Both the position numbers and the translations under genes were made by a program. A model generated the notes under the pieces. That model made no database searches, was not told where the DNA came from, and worked only from the letters and a program-made list of their open reading frames with translations. Positions 1 through 14,020 of a DNA stretch of 64,000 bases are shown piece after piece. This DNA comes from Phoronis australis (Eukaryota > Animalia > Phoronida). Position 1 is the first letter of the stretch, and the number at the start of each line of letters is the position of its first letter. The DNA lies in assembly GCA_002633005.1 (NCBI GenBank), contig NMRA01000023.1:1279081-1343080 (forward strand). The letters run 5' to 3'.

Positions 1-192
1 TTCGGAAATGGCGCGTACGTGCGCGTCACAAGCATGCGCTGTTTTCAAAACGACCACAGATTTCTATTTGTTACAAAAGGCGGAGAATTACGAAAAATAC
101 GTTTATTAGATTATCTTTTTACTTCTATAAAAGGCTGTAACGGGCAAGGTGAATGTCGGTTCATTCCCAGATTCTGCATGCGCCCCTGTAGC
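1..192 (+). repeat. Dispersed repeat family A, partial copy
   Basis: Near-identical to about 754-945 (ttcggaaatggcgcgtacgtgcgcgt...ctgcatgcgcccctgtag). Confidence 0.8.
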
Positions 193-599
193 TTAAATGC
201 ATCGTTTGCACAAACTCCGTCTCCCCCGCTTCACAGCAGAACTTCGATTTTCCCGTTTCGGCACTGCCTTAGTGTCAGGTATTGCACCGGCCCCCTATTT
301 GGATTCGAGGTGTTCTATTTCTTCTCACGGGCCGTTGTTTCGCGGACGCGGAGGGAGGGTGGCCAGTTTCGTACTGGCCTTGGTGACGTCAGTTCGTCTG
401 CTCAATGACCTGGGTGATGTCACTCCGTCGTCTTAATTTCACTCCCTCCGGTTTCTGTCACGTATATAATTCATCGGGCCTGTCGCCGCCAAACTTAATG
501 ATGCCTCATTAAAAAATTTTTACTCTTCCTTGAGTAAACTAAATTATTTACCCTGCTGTTGGAAAAAAATTGTAATGCTCTCTTTGGGCGCCATTGCAT

Positions 600-1078
600 C
601 ACCTGTTGGCCAATTTCCATGTTATTCAATCAAATGCGAGGCTGCGAACATGTCATAACAATCGCAAGTGGTTTCATTTCATTACAATTTTTTAATATTT
701 TTGATCAGAAAACCCAATTTCATGAAAAACTCTCGAGAGGTATCGCAAAATTTTCGGAAATGGCGCGTACGTGCGCGTGTCACAAGTATGCGGTGTTTTC
801 AAAACGACCACTGATTTTCATTTGTTACAAAAGGCGGAGAAATGCGAAAAATACATTTATTAGATTATCTTTTTACTTCTATAAACGGCTGTAACGGGCA
901 AGGTGAATGTCAGTTCATTCCGAGATTCTGCATGCGCCCCTGTAGGTTGTTAGCTCTAAGTTTCACAACGAGGTGGCAAGCTGAGCACCGGGGTTGTGTG
1001 AAATTTCGGTGTCTAACGGTGAGCTCTACACACAGCTACCTAGCTGTATGTTGACGATAGTCTTCATACAGCTAGATG
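600..1078 (+). repeat. Dispersed repeat family A, longer copy
   Basis: Matches 1-192 directly and about 19060-19590 as reverse complement. Confidence 0.75.
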
Positions 1079-2699
1079 GCTTTCTACTTCAGAATGTACA
1101 TTTATGATGCAACTTTTGTAAATACATCTATATATTTTGTTTACTGTACAGTATTTTAAATACATTCTTAGTTTTCACTTTAAAGAATAATTATCTGATT
1201 ACTGTATTTTGTGTTACGGCAGGGTCAAATGTTCTAGAAAGAAATTTGTACTGCCTGGAGAAAGAATCCCGCAGCCGCACACCTTATCTATTAAAATCTG
1301 ACAGGTGAAATTCTACTTGAAGCTTTGAACACGGCCTTTCAAGAAGTATTCTTGTCTCTTGCGATGAACACTAATGTTCAATCTTAGGAGTATCTACATA
1401 TATTTCCCTTGGCGTTTCCCACTAGCTGCTACCCGTGCGAAAACATTATTAATACAATTTACAAACAATCAGCAAAATTACCTCTTATCAATTTGCTACT
1501 CGGGTGGTAAATAAATAATTTTTGTCCCTACCCTGGCAGAAATGGGTCACGAGAACCACTGCTAGGCTCCAATGGGTTGTGGCATCTGCAAATGATATCA
1601 AATAACACAATACATCATGCATTTTTAGAAATTGAACGTCATTTGGGTTCATTCGTGTTGACTTTCTAGGTATGTTAAAGCTTGTGTTAGTATGCTAGTG
1701 CAAGTGTCAGTCGAGATTAGAAAGAACGTCAGCGTCACCGAGAAAGAAACACCAAGAAATGAAACAAAAGGTCTAGTCCTACAGAATTATAATACATTTG
1801 ATAGATGGCCAGATTTATCAATTGTACTAAATGTACGTCATCACGAACAAACATTAATTCATTGGGAGAACCCAGACTACAACTAAAATACAGCAAACAC
1901 TAAAAAATCTATTACAATGACATGAACACCACATTGTTTTCTAGCAGGTGGAGAACTGTAACTGCAAGTGTTGGCGACTCCAAAACGTTACCAATAACGA
2001 AAGGAAAGCACTTTTATCGTCCTTCATGTAACGGGTAAGACAGCATCTCTTTGGTTCACTGACGGTGGTGGCGAGGTTAGTTTCGTGCTTGTTCAGTTCC
2101 TGCTTGACCCTGGAAAAACGTACAAGTTTCTTTAAATTTTGTACCTCAAAGAAATCTGTTCCGAATTAAGTAAAACTTTTCAATTGTTATGATTCAAGTA
2201 CATTTTACAAAACGAAAATCAATTGACCATGTTTTAAAATATTGACAGGATTTTGAGATCACTTCAGGAACACTTTCTTCAAATTAAATTCTCTCTTTTT
2301 ATTGATACGGTGCCTTTGTTCTTTTTTGCTAAACTTTACGGTTTTTGAGAGACTTTGTTCTGATATCAAGTGTGAAAAAGCGTACATGAACAAAGACAGA
2401 TGTCTAAATGCTTGGCGAGTAGATTTTCACTTCATTTGTTCAAACCAAACAATTGTTGGGTGAAGTTTGAAGGCTCAAAGAACACCTAAGCAGTCGAAAC
2501 ATGTAACTTTCAGGAGGTTTACAGCTGATCAGCACCATACCTTTTGAATTTGATATCATTAATGTAAGTGGTACTGCAGCGCCCTTGGTAAACTGTCGCT
2601 GTTCTTAGACTCGATCCTGCATGTTAATGCTATCCTGGGTACTAGAATTAGGTACACCTAGGGCGATGACTTGTATTCCAAGCTGGTATTTATGAAAGT

Positions 2700-3255
2700 A
2701 ACACAAAGAACTAAATAGTTCTTTGCCTGTTGTATGTACAGAGGTATCAATGGCTTGGCTCCTGCATATCTCAACCGAAAATTCAATAGCAGTCAAGATG
2801 TATATTCTACACGCTCTTTTGTTGCTGGAAATGTTTCTTTTAAAAAAATTAAAACTGAGACTGGCACGAGATCTTTTCTCTATGCTGCTGCTACAATATG
2901 GAATTCTCTTATTTTAAACGTAATATTAAAAGGTGCCTGTAATTTACCTAACCTTTTTATACCCTACCTGTCTCAATCATGTCATTCTTTTCATTGTCGT
3001 AAATACTCTCAGTGTTTGGAGTCAGCTCTTTATTATTTCATATCTCTTCGTTAAATTTTCACCATTCTTCGTCATTTCTTTATTGTCTTAATTCTCAACG
3101 TGTTTTAATTATATCGCTTTACGAATATTTAATTGTTGTTTTATTACTTCATTGTATTATATGACTGTTTTTTTTGTTGAGGGCCCTCTTGGAAAGCTGT
3201 GCTATCACTGAAGAGGCCACCCTCATTTTAGATATCACAATTAAATAAATGAATC
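2700..3255 (+). mobile_element. 5'-truncated L2/CR1-group LINE (ORF2 C-terminus, 3' UTR and tail)
   Basis: Translation MYRGINGLAPAYL...TRSFLYAAATIWNSL is the typical end of L2/Crack ORF2; 3' stem-loop gagggccctctt...aagaggccaccctc followed by an attaaataaat tail. Confidence 0.75.
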
Positions 3256-3359
3256 CTTGTCAGCCAAAATCCAGTAGTTGGACCAAAGACCAAGTCAGCC
3301 CACATTATCTGAATTGAAAACACAAGTGAGAAGGAGGGTGGGCAGAAGGTAAGAAATCA

Positions 3360-3935
3360 TGGTATTCATGGATCCGAATGTTTGCAAGTCGAAAAATCAA
3401 TATCTACTAGGTTACGCACAAGTCCAAAAGTTCACTAGTTCGAAAGTTAAAATGTTGAACATTCATGACACGAGGCTCTAAACAGTTACTTCGAGCAAAA
3501 CGTTCGAGAGTATTTGAGCAGGTGTCTGCTTTAAGCCAGTTCCTGGAAGAACAGGTGCCTCTGGAAAGAAACCAAGCAAAGCTCAATAATGTGCACTGAG
3601 CTGAGTCTTTTTTGTTTACATTTTAAATTCTTGGCTGAACACCCCACAACGATTTTGTTGCACCACTGTTTTTGACTTTGAATCACTGGTTTCTGGTGTC
3701 ATAGATCTTCGAACTAGATTCAAACTAACTGACTCTTCTCTGTGACGGATTTGTGAACCTTTGGCATCATATGGCAATTTTAAAAACATTGTGTTTGATA
3801 TATTATACTTGAGAACCTTCAGAGCTTTGATCTGTGCCCTATTTATACTAGTGCAGTATGAAAGGCAAGCAACGTTAGTTTACCATCATCATTTTCGTCT
3901 CAAAAACTTCTTCCGTTTTGGTTGTCCGTTAGGGA
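3360..3935. repeat. Dispersed repeat family B, copy 1 (MITE-like)
   Basis: Colinear diverged similarity to 4985-5550, for example ctttgaatcactggttt, ggatttgtgaac and tatactagtgcagt...gcaagcaacgttag. Confidence 0.65.
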
Positions 3936-4984
3936 ATGGGTGTGCTGCAGAAACTTTGGTGCACTGTTACCGGTCGTGACGTTGTGGTCCCACATGTCAC
4001 GTATGGATACTAAACCTTGTTTTGATGATTTCAACCAATCCTTGTTCTTTTACCTGTTAATGCATTTCAGGGGTCAGTATTTCAAGTTAAAGGCAGAAAC
4101 CAACTAAAAACTCAATACTTCCTATCTCATAAATTGGATATCGTGGTCTTTGGTGCCCGGTGGCCTTTTCCACATTCGCTTAAAGCGTAGGACATGCTTG
4201 CCAGTTTAACAGAATTTGTAAGAAGTTTTCAAATTTTCTTCCAAATTTTTGCTGTTTGGCGAAGGTTACAAAGCATTATTTCGTTCAGAGAACTGGATGG
4301 GAAAGCCGTATTTTGTATGTGTTAGTAAGCCAAAGCCGGGTTTGGTATCCTTTTAAGGATGGACAAAGTTCAGTGGTTTAACAAATGACAAAAAAGTCGC
4401 TCAAATAAAATACAGCAACCAAGACTAAATGAAGTTCGATTCCGAGAAGGAATATTATACAGATGACCCGAACTGAGAGCTTATAGTGTATTTTACATTG
4501 ATAAGATATCCCGGTTACTCAACTGCTCGTTTTCCGCATCGCGATTTTTGAGAGACTGTACCCTGAAACCATGTGTGAAACCCTCTGTATGAATAAAGAG
4601 GTATTCCTGAACGACTGGCGAATAGAGTTTTCACTTAGCTTTTCCAAATCAAACAAGTGATCGGTCAAGTTTTGATGACTCAAATGAGTACAAACATGTA
4701 TCTGAAACCGGTAACTGTCGGGATGTTTGCAGCTGAAGGACACCATATCTTTGGTTGTGGTGTCATTCGTTTCAGTGTTTCTGCAGCACCTTTGGTACAT
4801 TGTAACTGCTCGCGACGTAAGGTCCAGTATGGTAATGATATACTAGTCAGCAAAAGTCAACTGGTTCGACGAAAGGCCAAGTCGCTAAAAAAATCTGCAA
4901 TAAGGTGAAAAGAAAATCAATCCCCTTGAAGCGATGAACCCTATATGACCTGAATTAAAAACTGCAAGTGAGAGTCTGTGGACC

Positions 4985-5550
4985 TAGTTTATGAAATCGT
5001 GGTTTTCATGGGTCGAAAGTTTTACAAGTCTAAAAATCCATTAATTTGAAGATCATACATTTCCGAAAATCTATCAAAAACTATAAGTTTGAACTTTCAT
5101 ACTAGGTTCTGAACAGTGATTTTAAGCAAAAACGTTCAGGATGATGTGCTCACCTGTTTGAAACTAGTTCTTCGAAGAGCCAGTGCCTCTAAAACGGATC
5201 CAAACAAAGTAGACCATGTGCTCTGAGCTGTTGTATCTACTTCTAGTTTACATTTTCAAACTGTAGATTATCGCCACCAAAATTTTGCTGATCGGCTGCC
5301 CGATGGCTTTGAATCACTGGTTTATGATATCATAGACCTTCAGACTAGTTGTGAACCGACTAGCTTTTCTTTCTGTCGGATTTGTGAACTTTTGGCACTT
5401 TTTCACTTGTATTATGGGTATTCGAACTTGTGAACCTTCGCAGTATCGAGCTGTACCCTACTTATACTAATGCAGTGAGACACGCAAGCAACGTTAGATT
5501 ACCTTCTTAGTTTTCGTGTTTCATCTTTCCTCCGTTTCGGTTATCCGTGG
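4985..5550. repeat. Dispersed repeat family B, copy 2
   Basis: Direct diverged copy of 3360-3935. Confidence 0.65.
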
Positions 5551-5750
5551 GTTTCAGCGTGTCGTTGGTGTATGGGTACGAGTATGGCGTGTAAATAGAG
5601 CAAAACGTGGGTTAATGAAATTTACAAACAATCGACAAATCAACTATTGTTAATTGAAAAATATTTGTCCTTGCCACGACAGTAATCGATAACGGGAACC
5701 ATGAATTGTTTTGGTCCATCTATTGGGGGAGGGGGGGGGGGGCATCCCGG

Positions 5751-6810
5751 GTCATGTCTCNCCATTGGAAGCAAATATCGAATATGCCTGGGTTGAACGG
5801 TTCCAAGACGCACACACCATTGGATCCAATTTACAGATTCCTCGGCAATCCAGACAACAAAAGCATAGGGCTAACGTTTCTGCAGAAACACACAGGTAAT
5901 AAATTATAATTCTACACAGTGTGCACATGATCGCAATTTTCTGGCATACTTTTTTCTTTGATGCTTTTTTACAATGGAAACGAAATAGAAATTATTTTCG
6001 GACATGCCAAATTTACCCAGTAAAGTACAGGGTCTACGAGAGCACAGAAACTGATTCTAGTTTGTATTTCCACTTGGCTCTTTATCTGATCTATAACCAA
6101 AATCTAATTCACGTAGTGCGTAGTTAAGTTTGTAGTCAATACTTGTTTCTTTCACTAAGTACTACAGAAAAACAGTGAGAATACCCTTCTTAGACAACCT
6201 CTCAAATCGTGCAGTTGACCACCAGGTTTTCGGAAGACAACAAGCAGGTGGATGCTGTCATTTCTTGTGGCATTAGTGGTTAGCAAGATGAGGGTCGTAC
6301 ACTTAGACTCATTGGAGGATCGGCTGCATTTATGGGACATAGACTTGTCATCACCAGATTCTCTTTCTGACTATCGGCATTTTGAGTAACCCGTTGTGTC
6401 TTCTGTTAAGTTACCGATTGACCTATATATGTAATAGTGGAAACATAAAAAGTGTCAATATCTTTTGCTTTCATTTCTGCAATAACTCCGACGCTGGCGG
6501 TCCTTTTGGAATGCTCAAAGTCGAAAGGAATTGCCAGATAACAAGCACGCAGACGGCGACATCTTCCCAAACGTCAGGGAACTGTTATTGATAGGATGTC
6601 TATCTCCTATCCTATTAGATCCTGTGAGGCAGAGAGATCACTTTCTGTGCTCAGGCATGTGAAGACACATTTGAGGAAATACTTTTTGGGTTATCTCTGA
6701 TGGCCATGCATTACAAAACAACGAAAAGACTAGACACGTCACTTGTCGTCACGAGCTTTATCCAGAGCAACCCAAGGCGTGTGTTCTGCAAGTCTTTCTT
6801 GATTGAGTGA
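5751..6810 (+). pseudogene. Decayed hAT transposase C-terminal half (THAP12/PRKRIR-ZMYM1-like, hAT dimerisation domain), fragmented
   Basis: Fragments in order: IPRQSRQQKHRANVSAET (about 5837-5892); YYRKTVRIPFLDNL..LTTRFSEDNK (about 6160-6245); RRWRSFWN...HADGDIFPNVRELLLIGCLSP / SCEAERSLSVLRHVKTHLR / LSLMAMHY...LDTSLVVTSFIQSNPRRVF (about 6490-6810). Frameshifts and intervening inserts are present. Confidence 0.8.
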
Positions 6811-7647
6811 AAGTGCGCCAAGTTTTGTCAATGAGTAGGCCTAACGGCAAGATGTATAAAATACATGTATGAGCCACCAATGGGGATTAAAAAGTGTTGA
6901 GCAGTTTTCAATTTAGGCTTTTTACATAGCAGGTCCGTAACCAGCATTGAACGGGGGGTGTTTCCAATTTTTAGAACGGTGGACCTTTGGTATTTTGCAA
7001 TTGTCGACACTGTAGGGTTTCAGGAAAGGCCCTTGACGGAGCTTAAGTATGGGGGAAGGGAAATCTGTATACAAGACGATGACTCTCCGCTCTATGTTTG
7101 TGAGATAAGACGGAACATGTAATACCAGAAATGAGAATGCTGTGGCTGTTGCTCGCAAAGAACGGGACACAAATTCGGATGTAATGTGGTCCAGCAATAG
7201 AACGTTCATTCATTACTCCTGCCAAAATTTGAAATCAGGCATGCTTAAATGAGTGATTACTCCTCATTACATGTTCTATGAACTTTAGTCGGAGAATGAC
7301 TTCACAAAATTGTTTATCTTGTTGTATTTTTGCACGTTACTGAAGTTTCTTACGTCGCTGGAAATGGGAGAAGCCCACTATTTCGAAGGTCTTGTACTCT
7401 GAAGGTTCACTGCTTCAAAGATTCTCTACTCTGAAGGTTTACTGGTCCGAAAATATCTAAACTTTCAGACTCGGGTGTAATTTCTACGCTTTTACATGCA
7501 AAAATAACGACACTTCGGTTATAACATGTAGCCTGGATGCACACATACTGAAACGCTTTGTTTGGATTTCATGTAGACAATGACCACCGTCTAGCTGACC
7601 AGTACAACTAAGGAAGGTGGTCATTGTTTAGACTCATTATCAATGTG

Positions 7648-7830
7648 CATGCCAGGTCTGCTAATTCCCATCCCTTTTTGCGGTGCATTTTTTTTTCTGA
7701 TCCACTCCTTTTGAGGGGACAAAATGGAAATTTAAGAGCCCATTGGACCCCGCTCGGGTCCCGCAAAACTTAAAAAACTGACAAAGTACCGCCTACCTGC
7801 AATCTTTGCTTCACCGGCGCCTGCGGGCAC
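7648..7830 (+). repeat. Dispersed repeat family C, copy 1
   Basis: tgccaggtctgctaattccca...attggacccc...cgggtcccgcaaaactt is shared with 44118-44275. Confidence 0.7.
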
Positions 7831-8697
7831 CTTGTTAAAATAAATGACTCACATCCGGGGAAGTTAACAAGTTCCGGCTCTCACATTTTCTCTAGCAGTG
7901 GCCAAACTGAAGTAAACCTAATTTTGGTACTGTGAAGAGTTAGCTCCTCTACTTATTAAAGGCTGCCACATGCGGGAGTCGTATATCATACAACGCGTCT
8001 GTGAAGGTGCGTCCGTATAATTTCGATCGAAGGTGCCGGGCCGTAGGCATTTGCACATTTTTGCGAAACGTGAGTAAACTCCAAGCATGTTGACTGGTGT
8101 CAAGTTGCAATTATGAGTAAATAAAAATATCAAGAACGGAACTCACGATGATAAAACAGGCAAACAAGGGGCATCTAAAGTAAAGTAAACAAAAAAGTAG
8201 AATTCCCACAAAAACGAATCGAATTTTTATGACGGGGAAACGATCAAGTTGTCGTAAAGCCACACTAAAGGGTCATTTTCTTCATACTTTTGAAAGTTAA
8301 AACTCGCAACCGAAGTCGCAAAATATGCCTCAAACCGTTGTACCGTCATCGACAAGAGTGACGCGGAGCGCCTGTTCAAATGCGCCCACGAATGCACCGC
8401 AAACGGTGTGCTTATAGGGGTGATTATTTGGAACATAAAAACGGCCATTAGATGACCCAAAATACGTCAAATCCATTCGAAACCTGGTATGTACCATGAA
8501 AGCTATTTACCAAAATTTCATGAAAAGCCGTCAAGGAACTCCTGAGAAACCGAGGAAACGGGAAAAAAATTGAAATGAAATTGCCACTAGGATCGAGGCT
8601 AAAGGCGCAAAAAAACATAATTGCCATTAAGAGACGCCACAGTAGATGAAGTCATCCATCCGAAAGTCGCCGTCTTTTGTATCTAGTTCGTATAAAT

Positions 8698-8760
8698 CAG
8701 GGCCGTAGGAAGCGGGGGGCCGGGGGGGACACGGGCCCCCAAAAACATTTTCAGGCGTCA
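8698..8760 (+). mobile_element. hAT-type MITE terminus
   Basis: CAGGGCCGTAGGAAGCGGGGGGCC...GGGCCCCC, a GC-rich end typical of hAT-derived MITEs; the partner end was not found. Confidence 0.4.
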
Positions 8761-11700
8761 GGGTTAAACCGTGGCAACCGACGCGTGGGGAGGGCACAGT
8801 GGAGAAAAGAAAGACTGCTAAATGCGGATAAGAGAGAAAACTCAAGAGGACATTTTACAACTCTATATCAGTGCATGGTTTACCTTTTAAGGCCCTGGCC
8901 ATCACATTGTTGTTGGGGTCTCTGCTTTCACAGCACAGGTCGTCTAAACGTACTTGGAAACGTGCACGTAATCATTCATACACACATTTCGAAAAATTGA
9001 GAAAATTTGTAAAGCGAAGCTTTTGCAGAGCGTATTAATTTACTGGATTTTTTAATTCAGTAAGTCAATTTTGCGACTGCAAAACCATATTTTTCCAGAG
9101 GCCCCTCTCTGGCAAAGGATAACGGAGACGACTGTCGTTTTTTCTTGAATTGTATATATGATGACCTGACACATATCACCAATTGCTGCACATTTCTTGA
9201 TTTTTGAAAATATAGATATTTTCACATAGGGTGGCCATTAATGACATTCAAGTTACCACAGTTTTTATATTTCTATTGACAAATTCTTAAGGGTAAGCTC
9301 ACGGAGACAGGACCCAATATTGGACTCGATTACATCTATTTCCCTGTTTTTTTGTGAAATCGTGCAACCAACTTTCATATTGAAGAAGGTCTCTTCCTGC
9401 ACCGTCGTCTGACAACACAACGGTGGAATGAACTGTCACTCTTTTCGAAGCTTAATGATATTTAGCTTTTTATAATTAAGGTGTCCCATTTCAGACGGGA
9501 CCCTATGTCGGTGGAGCAGTTCGGAGAAGTGTCCATTTGTCCCTCTTTACATGTAAATCCGACACTGCCAAGTATTCACGAGGGAAGTTGTGATTCGAAA
9601 TTCATAAAAAAACGCAAAACATTCATGCACAGCACAGCAGTATCAAGACATTCGACCCAAACAACCAAAAAAATTGAAAAAAAATACAATAGGATTGACC
9701 GCCATCGTAAGGGAGTTAGGCATTTTAAAGAACGTGAAGACCGCTGTTTGTTAATTACACAAAATTACTATTTCCGATGGTTAGTAATAAAATAATGTTA
9801 CTGTTCCCCATATTATCACAAGAATAGTATCTTATTTGAAGATGGTTACTATGAGTTGTTCGTAAAGAATTCCCACATGTGGAAAGCACTGCTGTCGAGG
9901 CTACCATTGGGGTGACCGTGTACATGTCGAACGAGTGTACCAAAATACTCGCAATAATAAACAAATTAAACAAATATTTCAGCGTTTTCTGGCCTCTACG
10001 TTCGTCATATGAATGATATCATAACTTGCATTGTCCATCATCGCCACCATCGTCGTCATAGCTGTCATCGTCGTCTTTTCTCGTCATCTCTAACGTGTTT
10101 TTTTGGGGTTAATTTCGCCAAGTTTCGCTCCTCGGAGCGCTTTCATTTATGTTTTAATTATTTTTATTGCCCATTCTGTATGTTATTCTGGTCTTGGTAA
10201 CTGTTTCCAAAGGTGGCTTGACTGGGATGGTTGGGCGAGTGACCGAGGGGCTGATATGACTGGCAACCTGGGAACTTTGCAATGAAAAGGATTAAGAGCT
10301 AGGAGTAGGATACAACAATGAATGACTAGAAGTACTAGTAGGCCTACCGTACGAAGTGGGGTTTTGTTTTGAACAGTTTGTCATGCCCCGTTGTACCTGC
10401 CACCTGATCCCCCTGTATACGCCAGTGCTTAGAGCTCGCAATTTGCTCGTAATTTGTGGAAGTGTTTTCATATTCTATCTCCCTCGTTACATCGTCAATC
10501 GTTGCCAGCACACATGGCCTTAAGCAGGGATGTGTAATCCTTTATTATCTGATTAAGGAAGAAGTTCAGATGACACTTGTTGAGTAAAAGTGTTATTTTT
10601 GGCAAATAAAGTGGAAATGCTAATTTCATTTTACACGTGCAATTTAATGAAGATTAGTTTTTCATTGGTATGTTGTGTGAGAGGTCTAAATATTGATGAC
10701 AATCAGACAATAGTTACAGAACACAACTCTCTGAGGTTCTGTTGACAGGTTTTGAATGTTCTCATAGAGACGATTAGACTTTTCTGGCCTACAATATTTG
10801 TGCCTTTCTCTGCTACAGACCCACATAAAAATCGCCAATGTATGTAAAGACTTTATGATATAAAGACAGAAATGGCCCAGTGAAATAATACTGTCCATAC
10901 CACTTGCTTTGGCACAATATCTTACAAACCACTGTCCAGCATTCGCTGTTTGAAAAGCAACTATGTTAGACTGAGTGAGGTAACATATGAACATGCGTCT
11001 TTTGCAGGTTTTCGGCATCTCTAAATACAGATGATAACATTTAACAACTGGACTGAAACATGGTGGCATACAGTAATGTTTGATACAAATGTTCTTGCGT
11101 GAGTGAGGAGCATACAAAGGTAATGACATATCTAAGTTGTGTTAATATTGCTTTTTCGTTATGCAAGATAGGTGATCTTCAGCTTTTTATGTAGGTGTCA
11201 TTGTCCTTGAAGGTGATCTTCCATCAGGAAAGTGTTTGTTCCATCGACGCTTTCATTTATAGGCCTAGGTTGTATTTAGTTGTCTATAGCAAAATGAAAC
11301 AGCAACAATGTGAAGCGCGAAGAAAAAGAGAGTTCAGTAACTAGGATCGGTAGCGGATTGGTGGCTCAGATCCCAGATCGCGGGGGAATCGTGTTCCCAT
11401 TTTTTTAGTCCACCGATAGATTTTCTGAACAGAAAGTCCACATCCTCAGTTCCCACAACTTTCGGGCCCCCGGTTCACATATAATCGCGCTTTGTCCAAT
11501 TCCCTGAGGCAACATGTTGGGCCATCCCCCTTATGGTATCCTAGATTCGCCAATGTATAGTAAACAAAATACTTGAATGCGATGGATGATCTTGTTTGAA
11601 TCTGCTGACAAATAAATTATCATTGTCAAAATGTGGAAACAGAGAATAATAGATTTTTCATTTATTTGATTTTCTTATAGATCAAACATTCACCTAAAGA

Positions 11701-12989
11701 CAATAAATCTCGATCCTTGTTCACTTTTCAAAGCTCGTTGTGTATGTATTTGTCACAGGTATTATGCATGTCAACATGAAAACAATTTTGTCTGAAATGC
11801 GTATTTTTGATTGAAGAGTTTTGTATGTAGTATCATCGTGTTTGTAAAGGGATTTAAACTATTCTATTTATTTTAAACAGGTTCCAAGCAGCTTCCTGTG
11901 TTCCAGAAAGTCAAGGATAAGAGGAAGAGTTCCCCTCAACTGACGCAGCACATTCAAGCTACTAAATCAAGGACACACAACTGGTCTCATTGACAGCACA
12001 TGCTAGTGAACATCTTTATCGCTTGCACAGGATCGGTGATAACCATTCGTTCTACTGTGCGCTGTCTGTAGGTCAACAGATTAGCCAAAGTTGGAGGACC
12101 CCATTTCATTGCTGTTACACCATTTGAAGCTGCTTGCCAATGAATCACCTTAAATGCAGCATATGTCCCTCTCAGGTCTATGTAACCTAATCTGCCTGAT
12201 AGATCAGTCTATATTTCTTTTATTAAATTGCTACTGATGCTTCTTTAATGCTTTAATGTACCGACATTGTCTGCTTGCTTTGATGTTGGGGCTTATTATT
12301 TTTATGGCATTTGATCGGTCACATTACTAGTTGCGTAACATTCTGGTGGCATAAATGAAAAGTGTTATTCCTCAGGAAGGTGGGTCAAAATTATCTGTGT
12401 TCCAGAAAATCAGAGGACAGAAGTATCAGTTGTCATGTAATGAAACAACATGAATAACCAAAAATTTAATGTCAGGGCATAAGGTATATGTGGCACCTTA
12501 CTGACAAATATCTACAAACTTTGGAATTTAACTTTCTAAAACACTACTTTAATTCATGAAAGTAGAGAGTCCTTATACATTGACTTAATATATCAATCTG
12601 CCATTAATTGGGTCCCTTGACCATATTTTTTATAAGATTTCGGAAAAAGGGAATACATTCATAACAAAACAGTGGAGTCGATAACATGACCAATATTCTT
12701 TTTACATAAATGTTCAAGATGAAATCTGAAAAATTGAAAAATGCCGATGTCAGACGATTGACTGTGGGTTTGTTTAAAAGGTAGCTATGCTTTGAGATTG
12801 TGCGTAGATGGAAAGTGAATATTCAAATCCAGTAATTAACTTATTATATGCTAAGCCCTAATTAGACAAGTGAAACTTGTTGTTAATTAATTAAGTAATA
12901 AACTACAAAGAAGAGTAACTACACTAGAGCCCTCTTTAAAGATTACCTCAATCAATCAACCAAAATACAAATGTCTTATCTGCTATCTT

Positions 12990-13387
12990 TGGTAAGCCGG
13001 AATTTCGACAGAGAAATCACTGTCGACGAAATGCTGCCACAGACACGGACTGTTTCACGGCCCCTCATACTTGCTATTAACAGCGTAACTTTCATTCTTC
13101 ACTACAGCGAGCCACTTCCTAAGCGTTTCGGGCTCTCGAGGGAGTCGAAAAAACGATATACCCGCTTCTTCGCAGCTTCATAGTTCAGACAATCGAAAAC
13201 GATGCACCGCAATACACCGGCATTCACTCTGCAGACGAACCACTGACGTCGCTGCGTCGTTTCTCACCTTCCACACAGGTTAACGCGACACCTCTCGGCA
13301 AGGTGAGGTCGACCGTATAAGAGGCAATTTCGATATAGACCGATTAAGACGGTAAAAAAGACTAATTTAATCGGGTGGCATTCTCCT
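12990..13387 (+). mobile_element. Truncated right end of Kolobok-type element K1
   Basis: Homologous to 29970-30361; ends GGGTGGCATTCTCCT followed by TTAA. Confidence 0.75.
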
Positions 13388-13737
13388 TTAAATGATGTTT
13401 TATTCCAGTCCCTCGGTACTAATTAACTAGTATTCAAGAACAGGCCACGGGGGCGAGAGCTTTATCTCGATTTTTTAGAAATCTTTTCTCTCCGTTGCCT
13501 ACCGGTTCAGTAACGATTTCAGCCTAAGCGCCTTGTTCTGTGATTGTGTGCCAGGCAGCCGCTTAATTCCAAGTTCACGCAAGATTCCAAGTTCAAGTAC
13601 GGGGTTTGGCATTTTGCTTAATGATCTCAAGATCACTTGCGTGATCTTGGAATTCCAAGTTCACTCAACACTCACTTCCTCTTATTCTTGAGATTAAGCA
13701 GGATTCTAAGTTCACGTACAACAAAAAACCACATGTT

Positions 13738-13756
13738 AGTCACATGACCAATCGGA
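13738..13756 (+). promoter_or_regulatory. Candidate promoter motif upstream of BDH2 (E-box GTCACATGAC abutting CCAATC)
   Basis: Sequence tagtcacatgaccaatcgg; motif match only, and the 5' UTR exon was not located. Confidence 0.25.
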
Positions 13757-14020
13757 GGATACTGCAGAGTAGGTCAGTAGTGCACATGTATTCTTTTTCA
13801 TTGCAAAAAATTGTCGTTATCTTGACATAGCTGTTAGTATTGCAACTTTGGAGATTCTTGAGCTTTGTTTGTAGGCGATTCCTTCTCGGCTCGTGGTGTC
13901 GGATGAAGCAAAGTTAAGTGTCAGCCTAGCCAAAATTGCAAAAAGCACTACGGCGTGTTCCCATTGCTCCCAACGAGGAGGTACTGAACAGTTCTCACAG
14001 GGATTTGCCTATCAGAACAC

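Noticed and set aside
10686-11129. 147-aa minus-strand ORF
   Set aside because: No recognisable motif; composition resembles translated non-coding DNA.
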